Below, piece by piece: positions 1 through 14,000 of a stretch of DNA of 64,000 nucleotides. The position numbers and the translations under genes were made by a program. The DNA is taken from assembly GCA_964016885.1 (NCBI GenBank), contig OZ024741.1, forward strand, positions 29,388,001-29,452,000, read 5' to 3'. This DNA comes from Eledone cirrhosa. Its lineage: Eukaryota. The notes under the pieces were generated by a model. It searched no databases, was not told the DNA's origin, and worked only from the letters and a program-made list of their open reading frames with translations. The stretch's first letter is position 1. Each line of letters starts with the position of its first letter.

Positions 1-497
1 ACTCGTTAATAATCTCTCTAATTGCAATTGCAATTGCCCTGCTAAAAATAAATGTCCTCTCAACAACCATTGTCTTGATAAAAACTTAATTTACGAATGT
101 AAAGTTATAACTGACACCAATTCCTTCACCTATTTTGGCTCCACTTCCACCTCCTTTAAAGCTCGTCTTTATAATCATCATTCGTCTTTTAAATATAAAC
201 TTAAAAGAACCAACACGGCTCTCTCAGAACTCATATGGTCCTTGAAAGACAAAAATATTAAATATAACATCTCTTGGAAGAAGGTTTCCTCTGCTTCCAC
301 ATACTTGAACAGTTCTCTATCCAAGACTTGCAATCTCTGTCTGAATGAAAAATTTACCATTATATCTAATTTAGATTCTATAATAAATAGACGCACTGAC
401 TTGTTTTCTATCTGCTTGCATAAATTCCACAGAACTTTCCATAAAGTATACAGCTAATATCCTAAAGTTTATCAATTCAGAATCCTTTTCTCAAAGG

Positions 498-536
<39 letters not shown>

Positions 537-1521
537 TTCTTTAAAAATATACCCATCTTTCTACCTTATTTCAAAGTTATTTATCATATTCTTTATCATT
601 CCTATTCATCACTTCTCTTTCTTCCTTTTCCTTTTCTTTTCTTTTGCTTTTTCTTTTAATTTCTAACCCCTAATCTGTACCCTTTCTCACTGTGCCTAAC
701 ATAGAAACAATTATTACACATACACTATATTCTTACTTTATATCACCTTGAAAAAATCCTTCGTAAATATAAACATTTTTTTGACGTTAGATTATTCATC
801 CTCTATTCATTATTTTTTTCTCACTTTCATCTAACTTATTCATGCTCATCTCACAATATATCCTTACTTACATTACTTCTGTGTTTTTTTTAATAATACA
901 TATCAACATTTTCTTTCCATCGCACATATTAAACCCTTAAAATTATTCTTAATACATATTAACATTTTCTTTCCATCGCACATATTATTAAACCCTTAAA
1001 TATTATTCTTAATACATATTAACAATTTCTTTTCATCGCACATATTATTAAACCCTTCAATATACAAACCTTAACTTTACATTATTTTTCTCTTCGTCAA
1101 TTTTCAAATTCTTTTAATTTATACATTATCTTCCAACGGTTTTTCAACCTCTCTATGTAAAACAATACATTTTTCTCAGTTATAAAAGCTATCTCTCTGT
1201 CTCTCTATCACCCATCTCTCCTCCTATCTCATCCTTCCTCATTATATTCCTCCCCCTCCACTTTTTACTCTCATCTCCTCCTCTTTTTCATCCTTTCCAA
1301 CCTGCCCCCCCCCCCCCCAATTTTTTTTCCCCAATATCACACATCAATCTAAAACTACTTTTCAAATGTTGATTTAAAACTGCACTATCCACAAGTGTTT
1401 TTAACCTTCATATCATGTCCTATTTTATCTGATGAAAACACAAATGTCATTGCATGATGATATTTGTTTATGATATACGCATAATAAAATAGATGGAACT
1501 CATTTAACCATCTTTTGATCT

Positions 1522-1522
<1 letters not shown>
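1..1522 (+). mobile_element. Penelope-like element (family A), 3' part: end of GIY-YIG domain, 3' UTR and pLTR
   Basis: Frame ending at 457 encodes CNC..CPLNNHC, FTYFGST..FKARLYNHHSSF, CNLCLNEK and CLH, nearly identical to the ORF at 21951-23147. The 3' UTR matches 23150-24260. Ends in (TA)n. Confidence 0.9.
1420..1492 (+). ncRNA. Type I hammerhead ribozyme motif, core mutated (GATA for GAAA)
   Basis: Stem I CTATTTTAT/ATAAAATAG, CTGATGA at 1429, stem II, GATA at 1472, then TACGCA-TA. Paralogous to the intact motif at 24156. Confidence 0.7.
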
Positions 1523-1610
<88 letters not shown>

Positions 1611-1936
1611 TATATATATATAATATATATATACACGGGATAACAGGTTATCGTTATGGCAGTCCACTTAGATGTAGTCCAGTTGGAGAAGTTCTTGTAG
1701 TGGATAGTATTAACGTGTGGCTTACAAGACGTTTCCATAGTGATGCTGCGAGTTCGCGGTGATTTTTATGTAGTTTATACTTGGAGTAATAATAGATTGG
1801 CGCAAAATCAGGCGTATAGCGAACTCTAGACCTGCCAGATCAAAGAAACAATTGCCAGCAATGTGAATAACGCCCTTATTGTATAGCGAACCATGTCAAT
1901 CTTCTTTCTTGAATTATATATATATATATATACAAT

Positions 1937-2320
1937 ATATTAACAAATGGAAACTATATTTATAAAACCATATTTATTTCATTATACATATTTCAATTAT
2001 ACTAATTTGCATACTAAATCAACAATAAATCTAATATCTCCTCTATCCATGAGACTCCCACCGTGAAAGTTGCATTTTTTCAGGGTATGTCAATATTTAT
2101 TTATAAAACTAATCTATTATATTTTATCTGATGAAAGCGCACCATAATCTGCTTTGGTTGCCCTTGAAATATGTATAATGAAATAAATATGGTTTTATAA
2201 ATATAGTTTCCATTTGTTAATATTTCGTATTTTTACTCCAATGCTTTGTTGAGTGCTTTATATCAGTTATAAAAATATTTGCTTGTTGTATCCCAACAAT
2301 TTAAATAGAACTTTTACATA
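1937..2320 (+). mobile_element. PLE pseudo-LTR remnant (family B) with inverted 5' segment
   Basis: 1937-1996 is the reverse complement of 2164-2223. Contains an HHR motif, is flanked by (TA)n, and is homologous to 16818-17045 (minus). Confidence 0.7.
2121..2184 (+). ncRNA. Type I minimal hammerhead ribozyme motif
   Basis: ATTTTAT-CTGATGA-AAGCGCACCA..TGGTTGCCCTT-GAAA-TATGTA-TA/ATGAAAT. Confidence 0.75.
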
Positions 2321-2489
2321 TAATATATATATATATGTATATATATATACATATATATATATATACATATGTATAACAATTATATATATATATGTGTATG
2401 TTTGTGTATGTCTGCATTCGTGTGTGTATGAATACATACGTATATAATATATATAGATAAAAATACATACACACACATACATTGACACA

Positions 2490-2529
<40 letters not shown>

Positions 2530-2694
2530 CATTTATATATACATATTGAAAAATGTCACGTTCTTCAACATAACCATGTAGCACCTTGTCTATCGACAGT
2601 CGATCGATTTTCGTCAAATCGGACCGACGAAACAATGTTTCCATTGGTCTTTCCAATTACTAATATCGGTTGCAACTCCAGTTAGAAGGAACAA

Positions 2695-2803
2695 CGTGAA
2701 ATAAAGTGTCTTGCTCAAGGACATAACGAATACCAGTGTCCAGGAATCGAACTCACAACCTCACGACTGCGAATCCAATTCTCTAACCACCTAGCCACGC
2801 GCC
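2695..2803 (-). mobile_element. tRNA-derived SINE fragment
   Basis: Minus strand reads GGCGCGTGGCTAGGTGG (A box) ... GAGTTCGATTCC (B box) ... GTCCTTGAGCAAGACACTT (SINE body motif). Confidence 0.75.
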
Positions 2804-2909
2804 CTCTCACACACACACACACACACGCACAGACACGCCCCCCCCCCACACACACATACACACACGCACACACACACACATACACACACACAGATATATA
2901 TATATAATA

Positions 2910-3085
2910 ATCGTTTCTGCTTTTGGCACAAGGCCAGCAATTAACCAGTGTATTACTGGTACTTTATTTTATCGACCCCGTAAGGATGAAAGGCAAAGTT
3001 AACCTCGGCGGGTTTTGAACTCAGACCGTAAAGGACCGTAACTCTATGCTGCAAAGCATGGTGTCCGACCCTCGATACTGCCAAA
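2910..3085 (-). mobile_element. tRNA-derived SINE with Nin-like domain, copy 1
   Basis: Plus strand GACCCCGTAAGGATGAAAGGCAAAGTTAACCTCGGCGG..TTTGAACTCAG, i.e. a B box on the minus strand. Five copies in the window. Confidence 0.8.
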
Positions 3086-3230
3086 TAATACAAGGTCGAT
3101 TTGTTAAGCCTTCATTACGTTTATTGATTGGTGACGCCCGTTTCGCTATTGATCAGCTCAAGGTTCGATCTCTATCGATCTGGTCCGACTCTGGAATCAA
3201 AAGCTCGTCGGACCTCTGCAGTTGTAATGA
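3086..3230. repeat. Unclassified ~150-bp dispersed repeat
   Basis: Uninterrupted homolog of the sequence split by the RTE insertion (10940-11029 + 14480-14545). Confidence 0.6.
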
Positions 3231-3514
3231 CAGAATGTAATTCTCTGACAACACACAAAAAGATGGTATAGGACAGAACAAAGGAGGGCACAAAATAAAA
3301 AATTAGCTACTGAGGAGGTCACTGAATGTGTGACGAAAGAGCTTTGACAATATATAAACAACCATCCTGTTATTAAACCAAACAACCGGAAATTTATAAT
3401 AAATTGAATTGAAAGCCAACAGGTGTGTGTGTTTTACCCTCCCAAAGTATAACAATATCTGTTTCAACACACGTTTTCAGGTAAGAAATCTAACAAAACA
3501 AATTCAAAAGCAAA

Positions 3515-3569
<55 letters not shown>

Positions 3570-3579
3570 TACTTTGCCC

Positions 3580-4130
3580 CATGGCCCCACCTTGAATACT
3601 GTGGTCCACTCTGGTCCACTCTGGTCTCCCCACACGAAACAAAGTATTATGACAATTGAAGCACCTCGAAGGTCAATCATAAAAAAGGTAGATGGCATAA
3701 CAGACCTTAACTATTGGGGTCGACTTGTAATACTCAAACTCTACTCTCCAATGCGGCCATGAGCAGTACATTATCTGCATTATGTGGAACATATTCTATC
3801 AGCATTGCCCAAATATTGTTAGCATCATTTTAAAATACAACTAAGGCTTATGCTCCGTGTTTCCTTGCCACCACAAAAATTAAACTCGCATTACGGCAAC
3901 ATTATTTCAACTCAGTCCCGCTCTCTTTAACATTACACCAAAACACATTAAAACAGAAACAGATCCTATAAAATTCAAAACTTCGTTGGACAAATTCCTC
4001 CAAGAAATTCCGGATAAACCTGTTCATACAGATAGGTCTCCGCAAACTAACTCTCTACTTTAGTAGGCCATGGTGTCCAAATCATAATTTGAAAGACCTT
4101 GCCGAGTGGTGCTGTTAAAGTCACATGGCC
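3580..4130 (+). mobile_element. CR1/L2-like LINE 3' fragment, degenerate
   Basis: Encodes PHLEY..LWSPHTKQSI..IEAP and is colinear with 8790-9310. Confidence 0.7.
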
Positions 4131-4468
4131 TACACACACGCTCACCCCCCCCCAACACACGTACCCACACATACCCAGCCACATACACACACTCATACAC
4201 ACACTCATACACACACTCATACACACACTTACACACACACACTCATACACAAACACACACACACATACACACACATATATTGGAACTCGTGCAGCAATAT
4301 TTAAACAATATTAAACAACAAACTATCCATAAATCACTCAGATCGATGAACCATTCCCGATATTTGCTGGCTTTGAACTTTATTTAGAAATCAATATTTC
4401 TACTTTACTAGCAATTTCTCTATGTATGTATGAATGTATATATGCATGTATGTATGAATGTATATATG

Positions 4469-7049
4469 TTATCTCTTTCTCTTAACTTCGAGTATATTTT
4501 TTTGACCGGCCACCTTCCTCGTGGCAAGGTTGTAAAAGAAAATAAATTGTTATCCCTTGAATCGCAAGAATGTTTTGCAAATTTTGAAGGTGCCAGCTGT
4601 CGCAGCCATTTGTAGACTATGAATTAGAGAGCAGCGCTCTTTGTCCGCAAATCCAAGTTCAGTCATACTTTGGTTCAAGCGAGTTGGTATATAACCCGTA
4701 GCTCCAATAATGATGGGTATGAAGCTAAATGTGTATCTTGAATACTGGATTTGTAAACTCCTCATCAATGGTCCGTAGATGTCCTCCTTCTCCTGTATTT
4801 ATCTGACACCGTTTACATCAAGTGGTCAGCTGATCTCCACAACAGAACACGTTTTCAATGTGTGGTCCCAAACAACAATATCAGGTCGGTTGTGCTTTAA
4901 TTTGGTGGCAGTTTTTATTTTCAGTTTCCACCAGTATTCCTTAGTGCCATCTGTCTCAATATATTCTTCCTCATTTGTTGTTAATTTTGTTTTCCGAAGT
5001 GCGTTCCAGATGGTTCTAACTATCCCATCGTGTGTCATGGGGAGGTAGTAGCGAGAGGACATTCTTTCGCAGCTGGCAACAATGTGACTTACATCCTCGA
5101 TCTTTGTTTTACATAGCCTACATTTATTGTCAGCGGATGGCCCTCCCCTTTCGTGCAGCAGATATTTTGTAGGGAGTTCTTGTTCCTGTATTGCATAGAG
5201 ATATCCCTCAAGGTGTGATGTCATAAACTTTGTCGGAACTCCATGCCAGGCTTTTTGAGTGGTTTATCCCCTCTATGGTCTGTGTTTTACGTCTCAAGTA
5301 TCAATGCACAACTTTTTCTGTAAATTGGTCAATTTTTTTTATCTTGTTCGAACATTGAATAAGATCTTCCGATTTCTCTGGGTGAGAGATTTATATCAGG
5401 CTTTATTCCATATCTCTCCTCCAGATCAGTGGCTATTCTAATGATATTTTCTTTTCATGCTCATAAACCTGGGCAAGATGGTTGCCAACCTTTTTCCTCT
5501 GTTGAAGATGTTGCTTCAGTTTTACTATCCGGGTCTCATATGATGTTAATATGGATTTTAGACCCCGGCCACCTTCCGTGCGTGAGAAGTATAGCCTATC
5601 CACATCACCATTGATGTTAAAGTTCCCAGTAACACTGAGAAGTTTGCGAGTTCTAACATCCATCTCACTTAGTTCTTGCAATGACCAGTTCAGCAGGCCA
5701 AATGTTGGCTTTAGAATTGGCACAGCATAAGTATTGTGGGCAATGTATTTGTTGTACGCTGATAGTTCTGATGACCATATTTTCTTTACTCTTCTGAGGT
5801 ATTCAGTTCTGGTTCTCTCCTTATTTATGGGTCCATCATATCTGACATTCTCATCCTGTCCAAGATATCTGTAGTTGTCACCTGACTGTAGAGGTTGTAT
5901 TGTCAGGCCGTTCATCTCTAGATTTCTAGAGGAGGACACAGCTCTTCCACGTTTTACTGCCAAATATGCACACTTGGACTCACCAAATTTCATTTTGATG
6001 TCTGTTGAAAATTGTGTAATGAGGTCCAATTGTTTCTTGATGTCATTGATATTTGGCCCATACAACTTCAGGTCATTAACAAAGAAAAGATGGGAGATAC
6101 TTCTGGACCCACTTCTTTGTCCACCTTGTTTCCTGAGTAGGTAAGATAGTGGATTTAGTGAGAGAACGAAGAGTAGCACTGACAAGCTATCACCCTGAAA
6201 GATGCCCTTCTAGTCATGTATCTTATCAGTCTTAACTTGCTCCTTCTCACCTATAAGGATCAAATTGGTGTACCAGTTCTTGGTCAGACGTTCAACAGCA
6301 GCTACCAGTGGTTGTAGGACTTTGGCTAACTGTAAAGCCTTAACAATCCACCCATGAGTTACACTATCAAATGCTTTTTAATAGTCCAGCCACACCACAG
6401 TCATGTTTCTGCGATTCTTTGTTGTTTTTTCTTGAAAATTTTTATTAGTTAGTAGGTGATCTATGCAACCCCACACCTCCCTCTTTCCATCAGCTTGCTC
6501 AGGTGTTGTGATGTTGTTGGTAGCACAGTGATCCTGTAAGAACAGATTAAGGCACCTAGTATATAATTTATACATGATGTTTTGGCAGGCTATTGGGCGA
6601 TAATTTTCAGCAATGGTGGTTTGGCTAATTTGGGGAATGAGGAGAGTAGTGGCAGTTGATAACCATCTGGGCAGTTCTTGTGTGCCTTTAATGGTTTCTG
6701 TAAACAGCTGTATGAGATCTTGCCGATAGAAAGTGAAATTCTTCAACCAGTATCTTGTAAGGAGGTCTGGGTCTGGTGATTTCCTATTCGACATTTTCTG
6801 TATAGCTGTTTCCAGTATTGACCCATCTATGTCATATTGTTTTGTCTGGACATGTTGGCAGTAGTCCTGTTTCAGTTTGTCTGTTGAATCCGTCATCCGT
6901 TTCTCATACATATCTCCAGTAGCTCTCAACCTGTTCTTTGAAGGGGTGTCATTTACAGAGATTGAGCTTTTGCCACCGAAGCTGCGATAAACTGATTTAG
7001 GATCTCTGGCAAACAATCTATTTAGCACTTGTTTATGTGCTGTTGACTT
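4469..7049 (-). mobile_element. R4/Dong-like RLE LINE (family A), 5'-truncated and disrupted
   Basis: RT motifs NYRPIAC, VVWLDY, FQGDSLS, HLFFV(N)DLKL, YRYLG. CCHC knuckle CRLC..HIVASC and restriction-like endonuclease HNRPDIVVWD..VEIS. Contains frameshifts and stops. Confidence 0.9.
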
Positions 7050-7086
7050 ATATATATATGCATGTATATATATGTATGTATGTATG

Positions 7087-8025
7087 TTATCTCTTTCTCT
7101 TAATTTCGGGTATATTTTTTTGACCGGCCACCGTGCTGGTGGCAAGGTTGTAAAAGAAAAGAAATTGTCATCCCTTGAATCGCAAGAATGTTTTGCCAAT
7201 TTTGAAGGTGCCAGCTATCGCAGCCATTTGTAGACTATGAATTAGGGAGCTGCGCTTTTTGTTCGCAAATCCAAGTTCAGTCATACTTTGGTCCAAGCGG
7301 GTTGGTATATAACCCATAGCTCCAATAATGATGGGTATGAAGCTAAAGGTGTATCTTGGATACTGGATTTGTAAACTCCTCATCAATGGTCCGTAGACGT
7401 CCTCCTTCTCCTGTATTTTTCTGACAACGTTTACATCAAGTGGGCAGCTGATCTCCACAACAGAACACGTTTTCAATGTGTGGTCCCAAACAACAATATC
7501 AGGTCGGTTGTGCTTTAATTTGGTGGCAGTTTTTATTTTCAGGTTCCACCAGTATTCCTTAGTGCCATCTGTCTCAATATATTCTTCCTCGTGTGTTGTT
7601 AATTTTGTTTTCCGAAGTGCGTTCCAGATGGTTCTAGTTATCTCATCGTGTCTCATGGGGAGGTAGTAGCGAGAGGACATTCTTTCGCAGCTGGCAACAA
7701 TGTGGCTCACATCCTCGATCTTTGTTTTACATAGCCTACATTTATTGTCAGCTGCTGGCCCTCCTCTTTTGTGCAGCAGATATTTGGTAGGGAGTTCTTG
7801 TTGCTGTATTGCATAGAGATATCACTCAATGTGTGATGTCATAAACTTGTCGGAACTCCATGCCAGGCTTTTTGAGTGGTTTATCCCCTCTATGGTCTGT
7901 GTTTTACGTCTCAAGTAACCATGCAAAGCTTTTTCTGTAAATTGGTCGATTATTTTATCTTGTTTGAACATTGAATAGGATCTTCCGATTTCTCTGGGTG
8001 AGAGATTTATATCAGGCTTTATTCC

Positions 8026-8029
<4 letters not shown>
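7087..8029 (-). mobile_element. R4/Dong-like RLE LINE (family A), 3' fragment
   Basis: ORF 7168-7710 with RHD, HNRPD, EISCP and K..YGPL. Both ends abut (ATGT)n. Confidence 0.9.
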
Positions 8030-8056
<27 letters not shown>

Positions 8057-8106
8057 TGTATGTATGTATGTATGTATGTATGTATGTATGTATGTATGTA
8101 TGTTAA

Positions 8107-8141
<35 letters not shown>

Positions 8142-8449
8142 ATACATATATATATGGTTGTGTTTGTGTGCGTGCGTGTGTGTGTACGAATTAATATAGT
8201 TATATGAATATTATATAAAAGAGGAAGAATAAGGAGAGTAGCAAGGCTTACAAGACAAAGTAAGAAGGACAGGAGTAAAGGGAGAGGGTGACAGATCCTA
8301 GGCCTACGTCCGAGCGCTGATTCAGCTGCACCCCTCGGACAAAATGGCAAAGGCATTTCTCTGGACAATGGCCAGCGACACTCGTTGCAACAGCCATCCA
8401 TCATCGAGGGGCAACTTCCTCAGACGGGCTGTTATCGATCAACAACATA

Positions 8450-9356
8450 ATAATCTTTGCAGATGATTCTAAGCTCCAGAAGGTCATCAATGAATCATAT
8501 CAACTGGCTGTTATCGAATGGGTGGAAAAGAACAATATGCTGCTGAACGAGGATAAATTTGAGTTAATCCACTTAGGAAAAGAGGATGCCCTGAAACTTC
8601 CTTCAGGTGAAACTCTCCTGGCATCCAACAACATCAGAGACTTGGGAGTAATTGCCGATAACACCATAAGCTGGGCCGCTCATATAAACTGCAAAGTTGA
8701 CATGGCCCGCAAAATGTGTTCCTGGATTCTCTGCAGTTTCCAGTCGAGAGATATCCACACTGTTATCCTTCACTTCTCCACTTTTGCCCGACCGCACTTT
8801 GAATACTGTTGTACACTGTGGTCTCCCCACACGAAACAAAGTATCATGAAAATTGAAGCTCCTCAAAGGTCAATTATGAAAAAGATAGACTTGACTATTG
8901 GAGTCGATTAGACTTTATTCATTCCAGCATCGCAATGAGCGCTGCTTCATCGGCATGATGTGGAAAATATTCCATCAATATTGCCCAAATGATGTTGGCA
9001 TCACCTTTAGAGTACACCCAAGGCTTGGGCCCCGTGCTATCCGCCCACAACAAAAATCACACTCGCATTTCATACAATACGGTACACCTCAATTGGCCCC
9101 GCTCTTTTTAACATTACACCAAAACACTTTAAAACAGAAACAGACCCCATAAAGTTCAAGAAATCTTTGGACAAATTTCTTTAAAAAATCCAGGATAAAC
9201 CTCCCGGATATGTCTCTGTAAACAATAACTCTCTACTTGAGTGGGACATGGCGTCCAAATCCTGATTTGAAACACTTCGCCAGGTGATGCTATCAAGTTA
9301 GACCTGGCCTGGACCAATATTGGCCGAAACCTATCAAAATTATTAAAGTTAAAGTT
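8450..9356 (+). mobile_element. CR1/L2-like LINE, 5'-truncated and degenerate
   Basis: Motifs FADDSKL, NMLLNEDKFELIHLG, RDLGV and RPHFEYCCTLWSPH. Short repeat tail (TTAAAG)2. Confidence 0.8.
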
Positions 9357-9485
9357 ATATATGTATTTTATAATTATAATTATATAATTATTTTTAATTC
9401 AACTTAATTTAATTTAATTTTATTTTATTAATACATTTTTACACTTCTTAATCCAATTTTTAGTATTCAAACTCATTATAAAATA

Positions 9486-9580
9486 ATTGTTTCTACTTTT
9501 GGCACAAGGCCAGCAATTAACCTGTGCATTACTGGTACTTTATTTTATCGACCCCGTCAGGATGAAAGGCAAAGTTAACC
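9486..9580 (-). mobile_element. Nin-like SINE, partial copy
   Basis: Matches 2910-3005. Confidence 0.7.
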
Positions 9581-9824
9581 TGTTTTTCATTTTTGATACA
9601 GTTCCCGATCAAAAGTCTCTCTCTCTCTCTCTTTCTCTTTCTCTTTCTCTTTCTCTCTACTCCTTCTTTCTTTCTTTTTTCCTCTCTTCTATTTCTTTTT
9701 CCTTTTTCCTTCTTCTTTCCTTTACTTCATTTTTCCTATTTTTCTCTTCACTTATATTTTTGTCATATGTAGACTGGATACTTTCTTGTTCACAAGTGTT
9801 TTTAGGCCTCATATCATGTTACCT

Positions 9825-9894
9825 TATTTTATCTGATGAGAACACAATTTTTGTCCCAGGATGATATTGTTTTCGAAATGCGCATAATAACATA
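9825..9894 (+). ncRNA. Type I minimal hammerhead ribozyme motif in a solo PLE family-A pLTR (~9790-10020)
   Basis: TATTTTAT-CTGATGA-GAACACAAT..ATTGTTTTC-GAAA-TGCGCA-TA/ATAACATA. Flanks match 24121-24352. Confidence 0.75.
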
Positions 9895-10028
9895 TATGGA
9901 ACTTTTTAACCATCTTTTAATTACTTCTTTATATATATACTCCAGTTCCAACTGTTGAGTGCTACTTATCTGATATATGCATAGTTCTATTGTTCTACAA
10001 TATTACTCACCTCCTACATATGTATATA

Positions 10029-10071
<43 letters not shown>

Positions 10072-10111
10072 ATATAACTTTTATACATATTATATTATAT
10101 ATATATATATT

Positions 10112-10143
<32 letters not shown>

Positions 10144-10214
10144 TATAGAGAGAGGTAGAACACTGGAAGGTAATATCCGTAGTAGTAGAGCACTCAGTCC
10201 ATGGGACGAGTTAG

Positions 10215-10772
10215 GTAGAATTGGTAACACAACAGTTAGTTCACCATACCGATTGTTTCACCTTAGCGGATCCTCAGCTCATAATGGTCATCGTTATACG
10301 GAATAGGAAGGACAACCGTATGAACGCACATGCGCAGAAACAGTCACTTCACCCAAGTAATACAAAACAACGGGCGAAAGGTGTAAGGGAGATAACTGCG
10401 AACGTCCGAAAAGTGGTTCGAGCTGATAAGAAAATTAGGCTGTTGTTATTCAATCCGGAGCTTTGTAGTTATGTAAGAGGTGTTTCCAGACATGTGGACA
10501 ACGTGTGAAGATTTCATTTCTTGCGTTTAGGCAATTGCTATTGCGTAATCTCCTTAGAATATTTATTTGTTCATCAATACATAGTCCACAAGACGGATTG
10601 CCCCTTTCGTATGGCTTGAACTTAGTGATGGCTTTCCATTGAATGGAGTAGTCTATACTTGAGTCCCTGACGCACCATACGAGACTCGAGAGTTTCGTGG
10701 ATAATCGTTTGTCCGGGTACCTAAGGTGAAACAATTGTTCTCGGTATGGTGAACTAACTGTTATGTTACCAC

Positions 10773-10777
<5 letters not shown>
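10215..10777 (-). mobile_element. PLE 3' fragment (family C) with inverted pLTR piece
   Basis: ORF 10450-10734 is a GIY-YIG C-terminus (TKLSSLVW..W..CGLCIDE..LNARNEI..CPH). 10720-10777 is inverted relative to 10215-10266. A degenerate HHR motif lies at 10243-10288. Confidence 0.75.
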
Positions 10778-10823
<46 letters not shown>

Positions 10824-11029
10824 TATATATCCAGGTAGTGTAACTTGGAGTTACTGTAGCTTCACCTTGGTGAGCACTCGATGTTTGGGTTCACTTCAGT
10901 GTCGAGGTGTAGCGCTATACAGAGTGTATTATAGTTAAATAAGATAACAAGGACGATTGGTTACTCTTTCATTACGTTTATTGGTTGGTGACGCGCGTTT
11001 CGCCACTGACCAGCTCAAAGGTTCGATCT

Positions 11030-14000
11030 TACTACTTGTACTTGTACTTGTACTTGTGTCGACATTCACCCTGGACGGGTTGAGCCGGCTTCTTCCCTTG
11101 TCCTGACGGCATCCCGAACCATGGCAGCCCACGCACGACGGTCCAGGGATAGGTCACTGGAGATAGCGAGCCAGTCACGGTTCCATCAGCACAGTCCGAC
11201 TACCTGCGGACCTGAGAATTCGGAGAGGTCCTCCTTGATCGTCGTTGACCAGGTCTTCAGCTGCTCGCCAATGCGCTTGCGCCAGTTAGGGAGTGCAGGT
11301 GGGAGGAGAACATCGCGGATCAGCTCACCCTCAGGGCGCCGGGCTGCGTGACCAAATCATCTCAAGCGCCGTTGCAGAAGCACTGAAGGAAGGGGTCGAA
11401 GATTCAGACGAAGACAAAGACTGGCGGTAGGTACTCGATCAACGCGTCGGCAGCGAAGATTGCGGCGGAGACAGTCATTATCGAAGACCTCCAGCCCTCG
11501 TTGATCGACTACCTTCATAGGCCATGTTTCACAGCCATAGAGGAGGATAGTGCGAACGACGCCCTTTGGTCGCCGAGGTAATCTCTCTTCTGTCCCACAG
11601 ACACCGCTGGAGGCGCCCAAAAGCGGATCTGGCAGCACCTATGCGACGTTTGACATCGGCTGGGCCCTGTCCCGTTGGAACCACTGTTGAGCCCAGGTAA
11701 ACGAAGGGCTCCTCATTCTCCAGCTCCACGCTCTCGAGAGATATTGGCTGCCAGGCATCAGGCTAGACCAGTGACGTCATGACTTTCGACTTGGCGGCAT
11801 TGATTCGTAGACCAACAGCGGCGGCTGCAGTGTGCACCCTTTCGAGAGCACCTTGTACATCTGTCCCGTTAGCTCCCATCAGCATGATGTCATCCGCGTA
11901 GGCCAGGTCCGTCACCACGACTCCTCTCCCGACCTCTACGCCCGGGTAATCCCGGAGCGCTGTGTTGAGAGTGTAGTCAATGGCGTAGTTGAAGAGAGTT
12001 TGCGATAGCGCACACCCCTGCCGAACACCGGTCCCAACATCGAACGACACCATCTCCTCACCATAGACCCTCACTCGAGCCCGAGTCGACCGGTAGTAGC
12101 CTTGTATGAGACGAAGTAGCTTCACTGGGATGCCGTCCGCCTGAATTATACGCACTAGGGCTTCCCGATCTACCGAGACGAAGGCAGCTGCAAAGTCGAT
12201 GAAGCAGAGGACGGTAGGCTGTTGATGTGCCCATCGTTGTTCCAGGAAACGCCGGAGATTGAAGATTTGATCTACGCACCCCTTCCCCGGACGCAAGCCG
12301 CCCTGAGAAGGACAGGTACGGACACCACGGATGGCCTGGAACCTCTTCAGCAGAAGGATTGCGAAGGTTTTGGCAGCAACGTCAATCAAACTGATACCTC
12401 TGTACTTGGAACACAGCTTCCTGTCGCCTTTTTTGAAGAAGGGTAGGAGAGTTGCCTCGCTCCAGTCACCAGGGAACCGCTCCGTCGCCAACACGGAGGA
12501 GAAGAGTCGATGGAGCCAATCTGCGAAGACATCAGCCTCGGCCTTGTAGACCTCAGCTGTAACACCATCTTTGCCCGGCGCCTTGTTGTTCCGGAGATGT
12601 GTCAGGACACTACGTACCTCCTCGACCGTTGGACGGGCAGTGCTGCACTCGTATTCTTCTCCGGAAGGCTGCACGTAGGTTGGCGTGGGTGGTGGCGGGT
12701 GGTTGAGTAGCTCGGAGAAATGGTCCCGCCATCGGACTAGCCGGTCATTAAGATTGGTAATGACCACCCCGTTACGATCACGGATCTTCTTGCTGATACC
12801 CGTACTGCTTCGGCTGGCTCGCTTCACCAGTTGGTAGAGCTTGCGCGAGTCACCACAGGCGCTGCTGCCTTCTTCGTCTGCTCCGCAAATTCGCGCCAGT
12901 GTACATTCCGATCGGCCCGAATAGCCCAAGATGTGCGACGTCGGAGATCTCGAAGATTGGGTGCAACCTCGAGTCGGACTACTCTCGCCCTCTCCGCGAG
13001 TTCAAGAGTGCCGCCGGCCGGAGATCCAGTCCCGATGGCGTCTTTGGGTCGAACCGAGATGCTTCCTGGCCACCTCAACCGTCGCCGCCCTGAGCGCGTT
13101 CCACTCCTGGTCCGGTTGCTGTTCCACTTCGTTATCAGTATTTGGAATCGGGTTCGCAGCTCTAGCCGGAAAGCATTTCCAGCATCAAGATTGAGTCGCG
13201 AGATGTCGATCCTTTTCTGGCAGTTGGGAGGAGGTTTCGCCTGCAGCCGCAGACGAAGGGTTGCTCGAACAAGAGTATGGTCTGACCTATGCTCACTGTC
13301 CGTATCAGCCCCCCGATACGCACGCGAGTCCATCACTGAGCTTGCCCAACGAGATCTGACCAGGATGTAGTCAATCTGATTGGCCGTTCTTCCGTCATTG
13401 GATCTCCACGTGACGAGGTGACGCCGAGGATGTTGGAACGGGGTGTTGGTGACGATAAGACGATTGGCATCCGCGAAGGATACGAACCGTTCACCATTGT
13501 CACAACGTACGCCTAGAACGAAGCGTCCTAGAATAAGCTGTGTTGTATCATCAGCCGGCCCTGTCCGCACATTCCAGTCCCAAGCGACAATGAAAACATC
13601 ACTGGAGGGGACGCCATCCACGGTTGTTTGGAGATCGGCATAGAACTGCGTCTTGTCCGCAATGATTGTGGGAGCGTAGACGGAAATTACGCTGATGTTG
13701 GAAATTTGACCCCTCAATCGAACCAGCGCGAGTCGGTGTGAGATCGGCTGCCACGTCAGCAGAGCCAATTGCGCGTCGGGGCTGAGCACTACAGCAACAC
13801 CATGAAGGTCACTGTTATCAGTCACGCCACTATGGTACAAGTGGTAGGAGATGTCCTCGCCAGGAACTTTGATTGGAAGACGACCAACATCGGGAAGTCG
13901 AACTTCTGAAAGGCAAGCGACACTAACGCAGTACTTGTGCAGAGCCTTCATTGTAAGTGCCTGGACACCGTCGTCACGATGTGTTCGGACGTTCCAGCAC

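Noticed and set aside
2695-2803. tRNA gene
   Set aside because: The A/B boxes run into a SINE body and no complete cloverleaf is present.
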